DNA from: Octopus bimaculoides
Taxonomy: Eukaryota
Direction of reading: 5' to 3'
Assembly: GCF_001194135.2 (NCBI RefSeq)
Contig: NC_068982.1
Span: forward strand, 131,174,571 to 131,238,570
Length of the DNA stretch: 64,000 bases
Under the pieces are notes generated by a model that searched no databases, was not told where the DNA came from, and saw nothing but the letters and a program-made list of their open reading frames with translations. This document shows positions 11,930-24,680 of this stretch, piece by piece. Positions within the stretch are counted from its first letter, which is position 1. Every line of letters starts with the position of its first letter. The position numbers and the translations under genes are program-made.

Positions 11930-11969
11930 TTTTACTGCAACAATTCAATAAGATTTTTAGGATACCAAG
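11930..11969 (+). CDS. Candidate 40-nt exon
   Basis: Branch-like ctcac at 11901, a long poly-T tract, aatag| acceptor and AAG|gtaaga donor. Phase-1 frame (V)LLQQFNKIFRIP is open. Confidence 0.45.
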
Positions 11970-12476
11970 GTAAGAATATAAATTCAGAAATTCAGATATA
12001 AACTATATTACACATGGGGGATGGGGTAGAATTGAACAATTTGTTCTAGATATCTCTTATTTCTATTTCCTGAGCAGAAAGAAAAAAGAAGAAAATGATT
12101 TTTTTTTAAACAAAATATTCAATACATTTATCTAATATAAATGAAGAAAAATGAAATGTAGATAAAAATCAATAGGCAACTTATTCTACTTGACATAAAT
12201 ATAAAGATTGAAACAGCAATAATTCTAGTCTAAACTTAGCAATAATGCTAAAACTATTTTGGAACTGCTTCACTTATATCTTGACTTATTTGCATTTTAA
12301 GTAAATAAAAAGTAAAATAAAATAAAGTTTTTAAAAAATTTATTTGTTTATTCCCACCCCGTAGCTGAACTTAGTTCTGTTTGCAACATTTCTATAATCT
12401 AGGTCCTATATTACTGTGATAAAGTGTTCTTGTTGAAGTTTTGTTTCTTGTTTTTCTCATTCCTTTGTGTCTACAG

Positions 12477-12534
12477 GCACTATATATCTTTATTCATAAT
12501 ATATTTTCATGTCAAAATTTATGAAGAAATCTAA
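12477..12534 (+). CDS. Candidate terminal exon (coding part)
   Basis: Very strong acceptor (about 35-nt pyrimidine tract, ctacag|). All frames stop within about 20 codons; the phase-2 frame is (R)HYISLFIIYFHVKIYEEI*. AATAAA motifs lie downstream. Confidence 0.4.
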
Positions 12535-13834
12535 TAAGATACTGGCAAATAATAATACTAGAATAAAACTGAGGCAACCTAGAGTCAATACTAATATGTA
12601 AAAGTAACGTTACTATCTAAAATAAGATCATTTAAGATTTATCAAAACCTGATCAACATTCAAAAAATGCAAGTTATGTGTTTGTTAAGTGCAGATCTGG
12701 AGATCTTCACCTAACAAATATGTAGTTTATGTAGTGAGATATGTTTTTTTTTTTTTTATATTCCTTTACACATTTTCTCTTTACATCTAACAGAAGATAT
12801 GATTTGGTAAAGTTAGTAGCAAGCTGTGTTAAATGCTTAACAAAATTTTTAAAAAATTTAAAAAAGAGTTGACTATATTCTCAAAATCAGAAATGATTTC
12901 ACTAAAGTTAAATATATTGATTAGGAAATAAAAATACATAGGTTTATGCTAACAGTATTCTCTTTGGTCAAGTATGAAAGGATGAAACTTTGAATAGTTC
13001 CAACTATTTAGCCATCGTCAGCAGCAGTATAGCATTCAAAATTGCTTGCTGGTTGTGTAGCGACTAGTTACTATATAGAAATATTCATAGAAACAATTGA
13101 GTGGCAACAGGAAATGAGACTAATTAATAATATAATTATAGAGAGATACTGACTGTGTATTTAATTAATAAATATAAAGGTAGTTTTGATTATTTTCTAT
13201 GTTTTCCTCATCTGGATAACCACTGAAGGATTAAATGCGCTTAACATTTTTTTTTTCTTTTTGAACATTTCTCTATAATAACCTAGTTATTGCACTGCCA
13301 ACGAGCAAAGGCTATATTTCCTCGGATGATAGCTAAGATTCCAGAAATGTTAGAGGTTGTGTCTCTTGCTTATTTGGCTAGAGATTGATAACCCCTAATA
13401 TTTATGTCTTAATCACTTTTCTATGCTTATTTCTGTGGTTGAGAACACAATAAATAATTAAACATGCTTTTTTAATTACATATATATTTTCACAGAGTCA
13501 ATGACCTTTTATGATTAAATTTACAATATCTAGTTTACCACCTAATTTATGCTAAAACTGACAGTCTTTGATCTGTCTGCAGTAGTGCTTATGTACTAGT
13601 TTTACTAGTATCAATTAAACTAATTATACTGCTGCTGTCTTTACAAAATTGGTCTCTGTCCAGCTAATGAATCCTTTTTGCTTTTTGGTGGGGAAATCAA
13701 TATGCCATGTGGCAATGATGGCCAAACTTAGTCAGTGAGGTGCTTGCGACTCTCAACATAATACTGGGTTTTGGTGCTTTTTTACCTAAAACACTATACT
13801 CTAAGATGCAGGAATAGACAATATAGAATATGTA

Positions 13835-14200
13835 CCTCTTTTACTTGCTTCAGTCATTAGACTAAGGCCATGCTGGAGCATTGCCTTTTAGGGTTGGTTG
13901 AACAAATCAACCTCCTTTAATTATTCTGTTAAACTTTTTTTTTTTTACCTAACTGCTAAGTTACAGGATGTAAACAAAACAACACTGGTTATCAAGCAGT
14001 GGGACAACAAGCCCAAACCTAAACACAAACATGCATATACATCCACACATTTACTTACATATATATACATAGATACCTATAAGCATACATATATAGATGC
14101 GTCCACACATGCTTACTACATGTATACATACACACCCACAACACATGCACACACGCACAGTGATGGATTTCTGTCAACTAAATTTACTCATAAAGCATTG
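13835..14200 (-). mobile_element. SINE family A tail plus CA-rich linker
   Basis: cttttacttgcttcagtcattagact..ggccatgctggagca..gcc is the family tail also seen at 2310-2350, 16095-16150 and 52080-52130. Confidence 0.7.
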
Positions 14201-14664
14201 CCTAGAAACAAACTCCTTACCCACATAGTCATGTCTGTACCTATATATTAATCTTAATTATAATTTTTAAAAAGTTACAACTCTAAAGCATAATATACAT
14301 GTAAGTAGGTGGAGGTGCTCTCCTAATCAAACAACTTGGCCACCCTGAAGATACTGTACCCAGTTCAGTACTACAGTATGTTTAAACCATACTTCTCTTC
14401 CTTGGTCGAACTTTTCGTTACCCCTTTTCCCATATTTGAAAAGTTGAAAAAGTATACATATTTTCCTCTATAAAAATGGTGTTCATAGTATTCCATCAAG
14501 AGAATATTTTAATCATTAGCAACAACCGAGAACCAGAGTGTGGTTGCCTGTTCTATGGGTATATTTATTCTACCTATTCTACAATGGAAAAAGCTGGTGG
14601 GGAAATGAATAACAGTTCTTTGAAAAAAATAATTCCAATTAGGGTAGCATAGATTCTATGATAC

Positions 14665-14717
14665 CAGAGATCACTGCTTCTCTCTTAATATATTGCAATA
14701 AAGAATTTTTTAAAAAA
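14665..14717 (-). other. Candidate exon of the minus-strand gene (frame unresolved)
   Basis: Strong acceptor tttgatttcgtttttctctctccag| and possible donor CTG|gtatca. Phase 2 gives SFLKNSLLQYIKREAVIS; phase 0 gives FFKKFFIAIY*. Confidence 0.35.
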
Positions 14718-15194
14718 CTGGAGAGAGAAAAACGAAATCAAAGTGATATGCCTAGGCACTGAAATAATATACTATCAACTATTTTTTCATAAAAGGAGAG
14801 AAAAAAAGTTTTTTAGACTTCTTAATAGCAGCTTGGGAGTTTAAATTTTTGGGTGTAATCAATTATAGCTTTGGGTAACTATCTCTAAAAAAGAAACTGC
14901 ATACATAATATACATCAAAAGTAACAAATAATAATAGTAATAATAATAATAATAATTCTATATTATTATTATTATTATTATGATAATAGATAAAAAAGAT
15001 AAAATTTATTATTTGAAATTGCTTTATTTTAAGACAAGGCAATAAAAAAAAATGAAGATAAATGAACTGGTACTTCAAGACTGTTGAGTGAATTTCTCAC
15101 AAATGTAGGGAATGCAAGGAATGAAATCAGAATACTTATTAGTAGATTAAGAATTAAGTTATTAAGAAATAAAAAGATCCATGACGGTTTTTAC

Positions 15195-15275
15195 CTCATG
15201 GTAGACTGAAGGTTGTGCCAACGAAGGAACCCTGTAGGTTTTAATTTTGGGGCTGCCATCAGGATATACAATCTC
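15195..15275 (-). CDS. 81-nt symmetric exon, unidentified protein
   Basis: Acceptor tttttgtttctctctttgcag| and donor GAG|gtaaaa. Length is divisible by 3. Phase 0 gives EIVYPDGSPKIKTYRVPSLAQPSVYHE; phase 2 is also open. Confidence 0.6.
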
Positions 15276-15489
15276 CTGCAAAGAGAGAAACAAAAACTAA
15301 TTTAAAATAACATTAAGATTATTAAAACAAAAAACAAAAATAATATTAGGACTAATATAAATATTCCACTGTCCTATTTTTATTATTTGAGAAATATATT
15401 ATAGTAGTTGTACAACATACAGAAATCAAATATTTCGTTTTATGAGATGGTAGGTGGCAGGCATATCATTGTTTTTTTGTAAAGAATGT

Positions 15490-15535
<46 letters not shown>

Positions 15536-15955
15536 TGAATTGAAATATCTCCTGACCCTGAGACCCAATGTTTAGTTCCTGTTTTATGGTGTGAAACATA
15601 TCTTTTACTGGACAGAACTTCAGTCAACATTCTCATATGAGTCGGTGCCTGTTCTCACAGTTGATAACTGAGACACATAGAAGAAAGTGTTTTGCTTAGA
15701 AACCCAATAGCCTCATGTCAGAATAGTGATTTCATAGGGGATTGACAATCCTGTTGGCAATCAACACAGCCATTTCACCTTCTATTAGATACTGCAGAGA
15801 ACATACAATAGCATATGCCATTGGTGGTACTGCTGATGGTCAACAGTCACAGATGTTACAACTACAACTGGGTTAAGCACACCACCAATGATTCTCAGCC
15901 TATTTCTTTTATTTATTCCCTCATCTTGCTGTATTTCACAATTCAACCTCATTAC

Positions 15956-15975
15956 TCCCACACAAAAAATATGAC
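15956..15975 (-). CDS. Candidate 20-nt microexon completing a signal peptide
   Basis: Acceptor ctatgtttatttag| and donor GGA|gtaatg. Encodes (G)HIFCVG and bridges phase 1 to phase 0. A longer exon to 15779 (donor AAG|gtgaaa) is an alternative. Confidence 0.3.
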
Positions 15976-16094
15976 CTAAATAAACATAGAGCAATTAATA
16001 CAATTTGTCACAATTTCCTAGTAATCTCCCACCTCTGAAACAAAAAGATGTGTAACTTTAAAAATATAATTTAATCAACTTTGTAAACTGACTC

Positions 16095-16600
16095 ATGTTC
16101 TTTTACTAATTTCAGTCATTGAATTTCAGCCATACTGTGGTACTGCCTTTTAAAAGTTTAGTCAGCCATATCCAACCAAGCACTATTTTTAAGGCAGTGA
16201 GCTGGCAGAATCATTAGAACGCTTCCTGGTATTTCATATGTCTTCACATTCTGAATTCAAATACCACCAGGGTTGATTTGCCTTTCATCCTTTTGGGGGG
16301 TCAATAGATTAAGTACAAGTGAAATTCTGGGGTTGATGCAATCAACTAGTCCCCTCCCCCAAAACTTCAGGTCTTGTGCCAATAATAAAAAGGACTATTT
16401 TTAAGACTGATGTTGTCAAGCCAATAAGTCTTGAGACATAAGCATAAACACACATACAACACACATGAAAGACTTCCATACAATTTCACTCAGAAAACTT
16501 TGGTATAAGTTAAGTTAGAGAAAACACTTGCCCAAGGTATCACACAGAGAGACTGAACCCAAAACCACATGGTTGCTAAGTGAATTTTTTAACAATACAG
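16095..16600 (-). mobile_element. SINE family A interrupted by a plus-strand family B SINE (16194-16393)
   Basis: Family A tail at 16095-16190 and head at 16480-16600. The family B insert is flanked by a 12-bp TSD actatttttaag (16182-16193, 16394-16405). Confidence 0.8.
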
Positions 16601-16693
16601 CTATGCATGATCTGATATCATTTACATCCAGTCATGCAAAATTTTTGCCTATAGGAAATAAATTTCCCTTGGATGAGAATCATTGTTCAATAC

Positions 16694-16948
16694 CATTGGT
16701 TCTCAACATTTTTTACCAATGGACCTCTTTGATTCCTATTTTACTCAAGTGAACCCCACAGCCATTCAATGCTTAAAAAATCATATATTTTTATAATGAA
16801 ATATTATTAGGAATCATACAAAAAAAAAATTGTTACAATATTTTCTGTATTATAGAAGTATAACCAATTAAAGCACATAAATATTAACAGCAAAATCTTA
16901 CATGTATCCCCACCCCAAGGGTTATATAGACTCAGTTGAGAACCACTG
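16694..16948. mobile_element. hAT-type MITE
   Basis: TIRs cattggttctcaac / gttgagaaccactg. The TSD is degenerate. Confidence 0.7.
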
Positions 16949-17321
16949 CTCTACACAAAGAAATTCTTGTCAACCTGCAATGAATTCTTAGATTCTATGG
17001 TGTCGTCCACCCCTATCATTAGAAAGTAGTATTACTACTAAGAGATACTGACTTTAACACTGGACACACCAAATCATGTAACATTTGCAACACAGATTCA
17101 ACAAATGACAAACATATCATTTTTAATCATTCCCATAAAAACTAACTCTCACATTTAAAGTATTTATCATAATACCTAGAGGGACTGAAAAGGGAAGTTG
17201 ACCCTGGCAAGATTTAGCTCAGTGAGAAATCACATTAGATTTAGTAAATCCTCTAGTCTGGTGGTCTGCAGTCTGCCTTTATTTTAGCAGAATAGAAATG
17301 AGAAGATTGTTCATGCCATAC

Positions 17322-17370
17322 CTAATAGGATTAGTACTACTAAGAAAAGTTTCAAACTGGCTTCCATTAA
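17322..17370 (-). CDS. Candidate start-codon exon encoding a signal peptide
   Basis: Acceptor tactctcttatttcag| and donor TAG|gtatgg. ATG at 17367 gives MEASLKLFLVVLILL(G). A phase-1 frame VNGSQFETFLSSTNPI is also open. Confidence 0.5.
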
Positions 17371-18379
17371 CTGAAATAAGAGAGTATTTATTTCTGTTTT
17401 TAAGACCCACAGTTTTATAGATTCTGTTTCACTGTCCTCTGAGATTTCACATTTGTAGGAGCAACTGATATATCAATAAACAGACTAGAAATTATAAGAA
17501 ATTAGATCCATAACAACTAATTTCAACATTTACTGAGAAAATCTGACCATACAATATATAACTGAAGCTGATAACTCTCGTATCTAAAAGAGTTAAAGAA
17601 CCTGATCTACATGTAGAATGAAAAATGAAAAAGAATAACATCCTTGTCAGGAAGGTTAATCAATCAGTGATAGGTACTCTAGATTAAGAAAATTCTAAAC
17701 AATTAACTGTATTTATCATGCTTGTTTGTGTAGTAACATGGACTAAAAATGAAAATGAGGATGTGAGGTTGGGAATTAATGACAACACTAGACAATTCAG
17801 GTTTGATAATCTTTATCTCTTCTGAAGGCTATCCCCATGGCCGTTTTTATTTTCATGCTATCCTGAACTGTGGAAGACATGTAGCTAGGTAAGGCTTATC
17901 TGTACTTAATATAGATTAATTAATAGAAGAAAAGCACAACAAAAAACAACAAATATCCACATTAGTAGACAAACAAAGTTTTGCAGTAAAGTACAGAAGC
18001 AATAAAAGAGTATAGTGTGTGTACCATCATCAAGTTGGTTGCAAACTTCAGAGGACCAGCAGTCAATTTAGTTATAATAGAAGAGGCCAGGACTATGCAA
18101 CCAATCAGTGGTCTAGCTATTGAAAAGTATTTGTCAGTATGGGTGTATTGCGTGAAGAAGAATACTGTTTAATAGTATTCTTCTATATTGAGATTGTTGA
18201 GAGTGTAGTAGCTATTCAGAGTTAAAATGATTGTTGTTGTTGTTGTCATTATTATTTGAAGAGAGAAAGCTAACCTTCAAGCTATAAATTTAATGATTTG
18301 GAGAATGTAGGGAGTCCTCCTGAGAGTTTGTTAGAAATTGTTGAACATAGATTCTTGTCAGGAGTATGATGATTACAAT

Positions 18380-18451
<72 letters not shown>

Positions 18452-21400
18452 TCAGTAAATAGTGGGGTTGTGTTAACCGCACGTGGAAAAATAGGAAAAT
18501 GAAAAATAATAATAAGGCAGAATGCTAAACTGGAAGCATATTTTAATAAAGATTTCTAACCGGCTTTCATTGCATAGTAAATTTTCTAGAGGGAGAATGA
18601 AAATTTTTTTTACAAAGAAGTACAAAATGAAGAAAATAATATATAAAAAAATAAATATACCAATACATTATATTGTCTTTGAGCTTTTAAAGTTCAATGG
18701 TAGTTCATGTATATAATGGTTGGAAAAATAAGGATGCATGAGAATTNNNNNNNNNNNNNNNNNNNNNNNNNNNNNNNNNNNNNNNNNNNNNNNNNNNNNN
18801 NNNNNNNNNNNNNNNNNNNNNNNNNNNNNNNNNNNNNNNNNNNNNNNNNNNNNNNNNNNNNNNNNNNNNNNNNNNNNNNNNNNNNNNNNNNNNNNNNNNN
18901 NNNNNNNNNNNNNNNNNNNNNNNNNNNNNNNNNNNNNNNNNNNNNNNNNNNNNNNNNNNNNNNNNNNNNNNNNNNNNNNNNNNNNNNNNNNNNNNNNNNN
19001 NNNNNNNNNNNNNNNNNNNNNNNNNNNNNNNNNNNNNNNNNNNNNNNNNNNNNNNNNNNNNNNNNNNNNNNNNNNNNNNNNNNNNNNNNNNNNNNNNNNN
19101 NNNNNNNNNNNNNNNNNNNNNNNNNNNNNNNNNNNNNNNNNNNNNNNNNNNNNNNNNNNNNNNNNNNNNNNNNNNNNNNNNNNNNNNNNNNNNNNNNNNN
19201 NNNNNNNNNNNNNNNNNNNNNNNNNNNNNNNNNNNNNNNNNNNNNNNNNNNNNNNNNNNNNNNNNNNNNNNNNNNNNNNNNNNNNNNNNNNNTATATATA
19301 TATATATTATATATATATATATTAATGATAATGAAATATACATTGTGTACTTTCTTTTATCATGTTTAGTGTCTCAGTTGTGATGCTATTTCAGAGATCT
19401 CTATCCAAAATATCTACAGATCAGATTATGCATCATGCAGTGGGTTGATCTACAAAATAACCTTTCAATAGAGGTTTTTGGTTTCCTGTGGAGCCCCTCT
19501 AGTCAGGCACTTTTAAAAGAAGATTCCCTTGGTAAACATAGTTAGCAGGTGTCAAGGGAAACAATGTTAGTTTTGGTAAAGTACTTGGAGATGGCAAACA
19601 ACTTGTGTGTGTGTGTGTATGTGTGTATGAGAGAGAGAGAGATTGATTGAGGCATTATTGGTTAATATACTTAGTTATTCTTTTCAATATTGTGTAGGGG
19701 TTTTCAGCAGACATGAACACACACATACATGTGTGCACGTGTGTGTGTGTATGTGTGTGCACATGTGCACCTCAAATCTCATCCTAATGTGATTATTAGT
19801 CAACACCTAACCTGACTAATACAAAACTCTAGATGAACTGATACTAACAACAAACTAAAACCTTGATCTAGATTCGATTAGTTATAAGACTCTTATAATC
19901 CCATAACCATATAATTAAATAATGGCCAACAGAAACAATTATAACTAGACCTGGATCCATATCATGCAAAGGAAAGCTCCTACTTATTTTGTAGGATCCA
20001 AACTAGTGATTGCTCCAGAGGGTTAAGAGAGTGAAGGTGCTGAGTGAATTGATCATTTATGAATGACATCACCATTGGATTAACAGCAATAAGACAGCAG
20101 GTAGGTGGCAGCAGGGTTTAAAAAGTTGTAAAATGTTGAACAAAGGAAGAAAAAGGGAAGTAGAATGCATGATAAATAACTAGACACAACCACACACACA
20201 TTTGAATTAAAAATTAGATGACAAAATTAACCACATGACAATAAATACTTAATCACTTAACTATCAAAAGCTAGTAAAACTAATAGAGATCCTTAATCTT
20301 ATCTCTCTCTCTCTCTCTCTCTCTCTATCATATACACCTATTTAGTGTTAATTTGCATACATATAAATTTCAAAAAAGGATAAAAAGCTTGGGAGGTGGA
20401 AATTTACACCAGATTGCTTAATAGAAAGTAAATGAAAGCTGAGTTTTCAGTCAATATGTCTGCTAAAAAGATTCAAGTGGGGAGTGGGGGGAGAAATCAA
20501 TCAATAGCTAGAAATAGAAAAGAGAGAGAGAAAGAGAGAGATAAGCTAGTGTATGAAGTTTGACTTATTGTATTGGCTTGCATGTTTTACCAATTCAAGC
20601 GCGTACAGCTGCACTAGCTCTTTATTCCTGTTGCTGTACACATTCTCTATTTTCATTTTCTTTTTCCTCCTTATATTTTACTCGAGAGAAAAAAGCTGGG
20701 TGGTGAGCTTGTGAGTGAGTGTGTGCACGCGCGTGTGTGAATGAGAAAGCATGTGTGTGTAATGGAGATTATTGGTCAAGACCTATCAAATAGTCATTAA
20801 GTCCTAAAACAAGGCAAAAAAAAAAACAGAAAATGTCAAATTGACTAACTACAGTTTGAAATGACAAGAAGCAAATGATAAAAAAAAAAAGTGAAAGGAA
20901 CAGAAGCAAGAGGGGGGAAAAATACACACACACACACACACACATGCATGTACACACCATCAATGAATGCACATACTCAACAGCTATCAGTCGATGGGTG
21001 AAGGAGAGGAAGGTGATAAGGATGGCAGTGGGTGAAGTAATTAGTATAATCAATTTTCAAAGCTGAAGAACAGTTTTCAACTGTAACATACAAAGCTATG
21101 TAGCAATCACATTAATGGTTCCATGTGTTGTGGTAAACTTTAAAAGAGATATGACATGAAAGTTAAGAGCTCTTTTCAGCTCAGTCACTTCTTCACCCAA
21201 CCCCCACCAATCCTCACTGCCCACCAATGCCTTTCTCTCTAATGCTCTTTGCAAAAGCTAGGTATAAGGCCAATTTGAGGTGAGGAGGAGAGGGAAGAGA
21301 TGATAGAGTTGATTAAATCAGCCCTTAGTATGTTCCTGGTATTTATTCTCATCAACCTAGCATAGATGAAATGACAAATAGGCCATGTGTAATTAGATGC

Positions 21401-21966
21401 ACAAATATTTGTTTCTGTGTGTGGGTGTGTGTAACCATGATAATCATTCAATTAATACTACAAAAAAAAAGAAGTCTTATTAGCATAATAAAAATAGTTT
21501 TCTTTCTTCTATTTAATAGAATTTTAAAAAATAAACAATGGGAAGTTTATTTTTTTATTTTCATTTAAGATCACTAAATACAAAGACTAAAACAGTAAAA
21601 TACAAAATTTTAAAGCAGTATGCCTAAAAATATATTTAAAACACACAAAACAACTATATATTTATATGAAAAAATATCCAAATGAAAATGACTGCTATAA
21701 CTGAGATTAGACTGAGAGAGAAGAAAGGATGAACTCATTAGAAAAATGCATTTGCCGTGTGCATGTGTGGTTCATGCATGAGTGCATGCACATACACAAG
21801 AGAAGATCAATGCACTATGACAAATTGTAAGAGTATTTTCAAAATATTTTAAATATCAATTCATGAACAAAAATGTCTAATTGAGTTGCAAATTATATCA
21901 TTCAGGAAAATAAAATAAAATAAATGAAAACTTAATATGTCCAACAAGAAAGTCTTCTAAAATTAA

Positions 21967-22005
<39 letters not shown>

Positions 22006-22884
22006 TTAGAGCTAACGTTTCAAAAAAAACAATACATAAAACAAAATTTATTTTACTTGAAACAACTCCACAATAATAACAACACAGCGATAATTAAGAA
22101 AATAATAAGAAATCACTAAATTAGATGTTATTAAAAGTGAATTGTGGCTGTACTTTAATTGCAAGAACAACAATACCGGAAATCAAGTCGGCACTCCCAG
22201 ACACAGATAATTAATATCTGACCAAACTCAGTACTATGCAATGGTTAAGCAACCATTTACATTTATCAGAAGCTTAAAGCATAATCTGCCTTTATTAATT
22301 TCAAAGAACAGCTTTAAAAATCCAAGTAAATTTGTAAATCTAAGTCAATATTATTCAGAAAAACATCCAACTAATAACCAGATGTAAGTTTTAAATTATG
22401 TCTTCAGCCTCCACCCACATCTATCTGCAGTCATTTTGTTGTTTAACTCCAGGTCAAACAACCTGATGATCAAAGGGATTCCAGCTATAACTATCCCATC
22501 CTTTTGAATGCTAGGGACTACACTGTCCAGTGCATCCTTCTTAGATTATAGGTAGTGGTTTGAGGACGATACAGTTGCTTTTTCAAGCAGATCGGCACTT
22601 TCATTGGCTGTTTTTCACACAATAGCAACCACCTCAGTTAAACTATTTTTACAAATACATTTTATTCATATCTCATGTCATAACCATACATACATACATA
22701 CGTATGTATGTATATGTATATATATATTTGATATATTTCAGCAAATGTTTTCTACTATAGCCTGAGGCCAACCGAGGCTTTGTGAGTGGATTTGGTAGAT
22801 GAAAGGTGACAGAAGCCTGTTGTGTGAGCGTGTGTATGTATGTGTGTGTATATAAAAATATGTATGTATGTATGTATGTATGTA

Positions 22885-22921
<37 letters not shown>

Positions 22922-22924
22922 TAA

Positions 22925-23245
22925 AGACCCCACTTCGGTCATGAATGACCATGGGATTGCACCTAGAAAGTTACCCTCTGAGGCACAAGTTTGAGCAAGG
23001 TTGTTTGGAAGACCAGCAGTGCATACCAGCCTCCCCTCTCTATGCCACTGAGGTTATACAAGGGAAAGGCAAAAGCTGATACAGCTTGGCACCAATGATG
23101 TCACAACTCATTTCTATAGCTGAGTTAACTGGAGCAACAAGAAATAAAGTGTCTTGCTCAAGAACACAACACACAGTCCAATCCAGGAAACAAACTGACT
23201 GCAGCATGAGTGTGAGCTCGACACTCTAATGACTGAGCCATGCAC
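22925..23245 (-). mobile_element. tRNA-derived SINE, fourth family (D)
   Basis: Minus strand: tgcatggctcagtcattagagtgtcgagctcac (A-box-like head)...cttgagcaagacactttatttc (CORE-like)...ctttctaggtgcaatcccatggtcattcatgaccgaag, then a (TA)n tail. Confidence 0.75.
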
Positions 23246-23269
23246 CTATTATATATGTATGTGTGTGTG

Positions 23270-23745
23270 TGTCTTTGTTTGTTCCCCACCACCACTTAAC
23301 AACTGGTGTTGGTGTGTTTACATCCCTGTAACTTAATGGTTCAGTAAAAGAGTCCACTAGAATAAGTACCAGGCTTAAAACATCTCAGGGTTGATTTCTA
23401 CAACTGGAAAAACCCTTCAAGGCAGTGCCCCAGCATTGCCATGGCCAATACCTTTGGCATTATGTTGTACTTGAGAAGAAGACCCATCAAGCCAAGTAAA
23501 ATTGCAGTCGTGACAGATACCGGTGTCACACAAATGGCACCCATGCTGGTGGCACGTAAAAGTACCTTTCAAGCATTGATCCTCATGGAGGCCAGGATCA
23601 AGAACATTTCGGATTATGCCAGGCTTCGAGCATTGGGCCTCATGGAGACAATGACCGAGTCCATTTGTCATTAGAAGAAGAAAACCCATCAAACCAAGTA
23701 AAACCGCAGTCGTGGCAGATACTGGTGTCATGCAAAGCTGGCATG
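23270..23745 (+). mobile_element. Family A tail fused to a segment with two about 55-nt direct repeats shared with family C
   Basis: The aagaagacccatcaagccaagtaaaattgcagtcgtg unit occurs near 23475 and 23675. ggtggcacgtaaaag at about 23550 matches family C. Confidence 0.6.
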
Positions 23746-23788
23746 GTTTCTATAGTTGGATGCTGTTTTTAAAACCAACAACATCACA

Positions 23789-23829
<41 letters not shown>

Positions 23830-23834
23830 CATAG

Positions 23835-24680
23835 GCAAATGATTTAGAAGTTTGTTTCACAATCATGACGTTCTGGCTTTGATCTTCTTAAATGGCATCT
23901 TGTGCAAGAGTCTTCTACTATAGTCTCAAGTCAACCCGAGCTATGTAAATGAAATTCTCTAGACAGAAATTGTGAGGAAGACCATGAAATGAATTGTTTC
24001 AGGGATCCAAAGGTCCAGCTTTGTCACAGTTGTGAGACACTGATACAGCCTGGAAATCATGTTAAGGGGACATATGTCTGCGAATTAATACACACCATTT
24101 ATATATTAATTCAATGAGTAGGTAGGGTAACTTAGATAATTAAACAACCAAATACATGTTGTTAAAACTAGTAGAGACTCATTTACATTCTGTTGTGTAT
24201 ATATACATATATATATATCACCATCATCTAGGGTCCATCTATGATGGCGTAGGTTGAACAGTTCAAAAGCATCTGAAATATCAGAGACTTGCATTGTGTT
24301 CCGATGTCTGCTTTGATATGGTTTCTACAGCTGGATTCCCATTCTAATACCAGTCACTTTACATAGTGTACTGTTTTTTTTTGTCTTTTTTTTTCAGGGC
24401 ACCAGCACTAGTGAATATCAATTTGTAGCATGTAAGACCAACAGCCTAAAGTGACCCTATAACTGAATAAGAAATAGAAGGGAGAGAATGCCACCATGAT
24501 TATAGGCAGAGATGAAATGAGCGCAACAGACTTATAGTTGTGCACACACACACACACACACAGTCACTTTGCAACCATAGAGTTCGAGGTTCAATCTTAC
24601 TGCACAACATTCTGGATAAATGCTTTTCAGTGCTTTGGGGAACTCAAGCCTTCTGAGTAAATTTGGGTAGATGAAACCCG
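23835..24680. mobile_element. Cluster of degenerate SINEs: family A heads (23835-23985, 24560-24680, plus) and family C (24225-24415, minus)
   Basis: Motif similarity to better-preserved copies elsewhere in the window. Confidence 0.65.

Noticed and set aside
15215-15245. YRVPSL resembling the sialidase F/YRIP motif
   Set aside because: The following residues do not fit the LxAFxExR pattern and no Asp-boxes were found.
15881-15895. RIIGG, resembling a trypsin-family activation site, in ORF 15785-15994
   Set aside because: No downstream PW, CGG or TAAHC motifs in any frame; treated as coincidence.
21167-21182. Histone 3' stem-loop-like gagctcttttcagctc
   Set aside because: Pairing register does not match the 6-bp stem/4-nt loop consensus and there is no histone ORF upstream.
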